DNA of 20,000 nucleotides from an uncultured virus (IMG/VR IMGVR_UViG_3300011187_000006) (Duplodnaviria; Heunggongvirae; Uroviricota; Caudoviricetes), in IMG/VR virus record IMGVR_UViG_3300011187_000006, positions 58,740 to 78,739 of that record; one strand, written 5' to 3'. This document shows positions 16,613 to 20,000 of the stretch, in pieces. The notes under the pieces are model-generated. The model saw only the letters and a program-made list of their open reading frames with translations, had not been told where the DNA came from and searched no databases. The position numbers were made by a program, and so were the translations under genes. Numbering within the stretch: the first letter of the stretch is position 1; the number at the start of each line of letters is the position of its first letter.

Positions 16613-19600
16613 ATGTCATTAGGTTCTAATATCAAAAACATACGAGAAAACCAGAGCATTAGTATTAAAGATATATCCAAAAGGTTAAAAGTTTTCGAAA
16701 AGGCTTATAGGAATATAGAAAGTAATATAAAAAGACCAACAGATGAACTTTTGAGGAAGTTAGCATCTGTTTTTAATATCACAGTTGATGATATTAAAAA
16801 TTATAATGAAGAAAGAGCTAGGAATGATAAACAAAGGTTAGACTTAAAAAATCTAAAGACTGTGGTTAATACCAATACTTCGAGTATTAAAAAAATGTCT
16901 GTTAATATAGGAAATGTAAAGTTTGTCCCTATAGAGACACCAACATTAAAGGATGTTATATCAAAAAAGCCTATTTTACTAAGTGCAGTTGATTTATTTA
17001 AATATAAAAATAATTTAGACCTAGTTGGGAGTAGTATTTCGACAGAAAGTAAGACAAGCAATCAAAGAATAGGAGATTTGGAACAAGAAAATGAAAGAGT
17101 TTCATCACCTAGACTTTTGAGCTATGTAGAACCATATGATATAAATAACATACCTAAAACATTGTTTTACACAGAGGTAAATACAAATTACAAGATAGGA
17201 GATAGGGTTTTTATAATAGGTGGTCCTTATGATATAGATTTGACTAAGATAAATAATAGATATAAGAAAGGTAGAGATGGTTATAAAATTCTATTCATAG
17301 ACAAGTGTAGAGTTGTTTTAGATATAAATTACACTGGGGAACTTCCTTTCAAAAGAGATAAAAGGGATAATTTTCTTAACATATATGTGGCAAAAGATGT
17401 ATCAGACTTTAGACTATATAGTAAACAAATATCAACAAGGAGTGGCGTGTTTCAATATAAGTTTTCTGCTGGTAAGAATAATATACTATATGTTGATAAA
17501 TCTTATGATGGGTTTGAAGGACTTGGTTCTAATAGTGGTATAGAGAAAGAGGGATTTTATATAAGAAATATAGAGGGTGAGTGGGTTGATGTTACAGAGA
17601 CACTTATATCTAGTAGCTACGAAAATATAGTTTCAAATTCTATATCTTCTTTTAATGATAGAGTTAGGATTAATAATGGAAATATATTAATATCGTATGA
17701 AGATAAAGCATATGAGTTTACAGAGGATGGTATATATCAGTGGAGCGTAGAAGATGGGGAATGGGTTATTGATAAAGATTTTGATGATGCTATAATAACC
17801 AAATCTAATTTTAGAAAGGGTTTATTCAATGGTAGGTTTAATGGTGGTCTATATGGTACAAAGAACAAAAAAATTCCATGGACTGGGGATGGAGAGTGGA
17901 ATATGGGTACTTTGCTTAATGTAAAGTGGCTAAAAGGTATTATTAAGTCAACATTTACACTACCCGATAGTTTTATATCACAGTTTGGTGAAGGAAATAA
18001 GCCATATGAAAAGATAAATGGTGAAAATAATAACGGATCTGGTTTTAATTTCTTATTTAAATCTGATTTAAATGATGTAATTATAGAAAATGGTAACATA
18101 TATGACACTTCATTTGGTGGTGATGTAAATCACTCTGTTATAGAAGACTATTTAAAATCAAATGATAGAGAATTTTTATTTGAATTGAATGGTGGATATT
18201 ATAACAATTGTCAATTTAACGGAGGAAAGGTCTTGAATTCATCGGTTGATAATTGCCGTTCTAATAAAACTAAATTTGATAATATAACATCTATTAATTC
18301 AATATTTAATAGGTCTCTGATGTTAAATTCTGTTTATTTGAGTGATAACTCAATAAAGATATTAGACTATGACGAACTTGTATTAACTGACTCAGTAGAT
18401 ACTAGAGTAAGTCATAAGTTATATAAATTTTACATAGATGAGGATGGGTATAATACATTACAGTCAAAAGATAAGTTTTATATAAAAGGACTTAAAATAA
18501 AAGATAATAAAAGATATCCATTAAATTTTTTTAACAAAAGGTTTAAAATATCATCTTGGACAGAATATGTTGATTTTTACAACAAGAGTTTCAATGAAAG
18601 AGATAAAGATTTCTATAAAAGAGGTATAGAAATGGCATCATTTCTATCAACAAATGGTGATAATGAATTTTTACACACTGCTTATGAAGATACAAATATA
18701 CATAAAAATGAGGTGGTTATAGAAAATGATAAAAATCTATACTCATTAGATATATTGGTATCTACATCAGATGTATCTGGTAGAGATATACAATCTACAC
18801 AAGAGATACCATTTAGTGAAGTTCCTAGGTATGGTCTAGATTTTAACAACGATACTAATACACCTCAATTTTTTAATAACAATATAGATAATTTATTCCT
18901 TACTAATAAAATAAGAGATTATGTAGATATAGAAAATGCATTTATTGTCAATTCTGATTTCGATAGTGGTCTTATAGAAAATAGTGATTGGGTTAGTGGT
19001 GATCATATAGAACTTAACAACGACAATAACATATCTAATTTGTCTGTTAGTGGGTCTAATCTTTATGATATAACTGTAAATCCATCAGAAAGTACTTTAT
19101 TGATTAAAACTACTGCTGAACCTAATAACTTGGAATCTATTGAGGATAGTTACAAAGAGGGTGATGTGGTTTATCTTAATCAGATTGTATATAATAAATT
19201 ACCACTCATACTGGAAATACCAGATACTTATACTGTGGTTAATAATGATTTTGATACAACTGGTGAGTTATTATTAAAGGAAGTCTTTACTAATAATAGC
19301 ATACTATCATCTATAAGTACTAATACTGGTGGTGCTTTTACACAAGGGAACTTAAATAATAATTACACACATGTACACAAGCTTAAAATATCTAAATCTA
19401 AAATACAAGGTGGTATTTTTAGAAGGTCTTATATAAAAGATTCATTAATAGAAAATAATGATTATGATGTAAGAGACATTGATTTCAGCAACTTATCACT
19501 TATAAAAAGTCTAGTTATATCGGATAGTATATTTAAAAATTTAAATAATATACTATCAAAAGCAACATATATGAATTCAAATTTTTCAGAAGGAAGTGAT

Positions 19601-20000
19601 GTTTTTGAAAATGGGATAATATATAATAGTGTGTGGGGAAGTGGAGATTTTAACAATGGTGTTTTTAAACAATCTACCTGGTTAAATGGAATTTTCAATG
19701 ATGGTATCTTTTATGATAGTAGAAGCTTCAATGGGATAGCAACACCTGAATCACCTGAATATAATTCTAATTCAATTCTTTCTTATTACAGGAATGGTTT
19801 GACATTTATAACTACATCAGATGGCGTTAGAACAAGCACTACTTTGTTAAAAAATAATATATACGCATGGATAAATGGTATTTTTAGAAGTGGTGAATTT
19901 AGAAAAAGTGATTGGCAGTCAGGTGAATTTCAAGGAGGTAATTTCTATAATTCTAAGTTCTATACTGGTTTTATAAATGGTGGTGTCCTTGGGAAGAAAA
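16613..20000 (+). CDS. Very large protein (partial, runs off the window): N-terminal XRE/Cro-C1 HTH fused to a body with Gly/aromatic pentapeptide-like repeats
   Basis: Absent from the ORF track because no stop lies in the window. Translated by hand: open for 1129 codons. Starts MSLGSNIKNIRENQSISIKDISKRLKVFEKAYRNIESNIKRPTDELLRKLASVFNITVDDI; ends WINGIFRSGEFRKSDWQSGEFQGGNFYNSKFYTGFINGGVLGKK. Confidence 0.88.
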   Translation, partial: MSLGSNIKNIRENQSISIKDISKRLKVFEKAYRNIESNIKRPTDELLRKLASVFNITVDDIKNYNEERARNDKQRLDLKNLKTVVNTNTSSIKKMSVNIGNVKFVPIETPTLKDVISKKPILLSAVDLFKYKNNLDLVGSSISTESKTSNQRIGDLEQENERVSSPRLLSYVEPYDINNIPKTLFYTEVNTNYKIGDRVFIIGGPYDIDLTKINNRYKKGRDGYKILFIDKCRVVLDINYTGELPFKRDKRDNFLNIYVAKDVSDFRLYSKQISTRSGVFQYKFSAGKNNILYVDKSYDGFEGLGSNSGIEKEGFYIRNIEGEWVDVTETLISSSYENIVSNSISSFNDRVRINNGNILISYEDKAYEFTEDGIYQWSVEDGEWVIDKDFDDAIITKSNFRKGLFNGRFNGGLYGTKNKKIPWTGDGEWNMGTLLNVKWLKGIIKSTFTLPDSFISQFGEGNKPYEKINGENNNGSGFNFLFKSDLNDVIIENGNIYDTSFGGDVNHSVIEDYLKSNDREFLFELNGGYYNNCQFNGGKVLNSSVDNCRSNKTKFDNITSINSIFNRSLMLNSVYLSDNSIKILDYDELVLTDSVDTRVSHKLYKFYIDEDGYNTLQSKDKFYIKGLKIKDNKRYPLNFFNKRFKISSWTEYVDFYNKSFNERDKDFYKRGIEMASFLSTNGDNEFLHTAYEDTNIHKNEVVIENDKNLYSLDILVSTSDVSGRDIQSTQEIPFSEVPRYGLDFNNDTNTPQFFNNNIDNLFLTNKIRDYVDIENAFIVNSDFDSGLIENSDWVSGDHIELNNDNNISNLSVSGSNLYDITVNPSESTLLIKTTAEPNNLESIEDSYKEGDVVYLNQIVYNKLPLILEIPDTYTVVNNDFDTTGELLLKEVFTNNSILSSISTNTGGAFTQGNLNNNYTHVHKLKISKSKIQGGIFRRSYIKDSLIENNDYDVRDIDFSNLSLIKSLVISDSIFKNLNNILSKATYMNSNFSEGSDVFENGIIYNSVWGSGDFNNGVFKQSTWLNGIFNDGIFYDSRSFNGIATPESPEYNSNSILSYYRNGLTFITTSDGVRTSTTLLKNNIYAWINGIFRSGEFRKSDWQSGEFQGGNFYNSKFYTGFINGGVLGKK

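Noticed and set aside
7..19698. Short opposite-strand or alternative-frame ORFs in the track (e.g. 7-315, 1419-1688, 1761-3230, 3677-6361, 6589-9192, 10857-11219, 11830-12066, 15152-15349, 16801-19698)
   Set aside because: They lie antisense within well-supported long genes, are Ser/Leu/Ile/Phe-rich shadow frames, mostly have non-ATG starts, and show no motifs.
1..20000. Stop-codon reassignment (code 15 or code 4), as seen in some large phages
   Set aside because: Long ORFs are intact under code 11. TAG (11281-11283) and TGA (13597-13599, 16316-16318) end genes exactly where neighbouring genes begin.
1..20000. CRISPR array, tRNA/rRNA, intron, intein or IS element
   Set aside because: No regularly spaced repeats, no intergenic gap over about 150 nt, no GC-rich structured segment, and no transposase or homing-endonuclease motifs seen.

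Overview
Very AT-rich (about one quarter GC by eye), densely coding window. It is best explained as part of a large (jumbo-type) tailed phage genome, probably infecting Bacteroidota; this is inferred, since no capsid or terminase gene lies in the window. Left to right: a leftward block (thioredoxin, ECF-type sigma factor, membrane-anchored protein, NAD-dependent DNA ligase lacking the Zn-finger cysteines); a rightward block of probable virion proteins (1054, 1339 and 223 aa), a small UVR-motif protein and a four-domain ribosomal protein S1 homologue; a perfect bidirectional terminator; a leftward block (M28 peptidase, two unknowns, a bL12 C-terminal-domain-like protein); an M16 peptidase; two tiny leftward ORFs; and an ORF missed by the supplied track (16613 to beyond 20000, at least 1129 codons) that fuses an XRE HTH to a large Gly/aromatic repeat protein. 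Main observations: (1) otherwise unrelated proteins share an R-x-E-K-L-K-x-x-L tag; (2) there is a two-class promoter code, with Bacteroidota-type TATATTTG heading all three leftward units that start at a divergent gap and TAATATATAA heading the three matching rightward units and the sigma gene; (3) translation-like genes (S1, L12-like) cluster with proteolysis-related genes (M16, M28, UVR motif). All family calls come from motif recognition by eye, not database searches.
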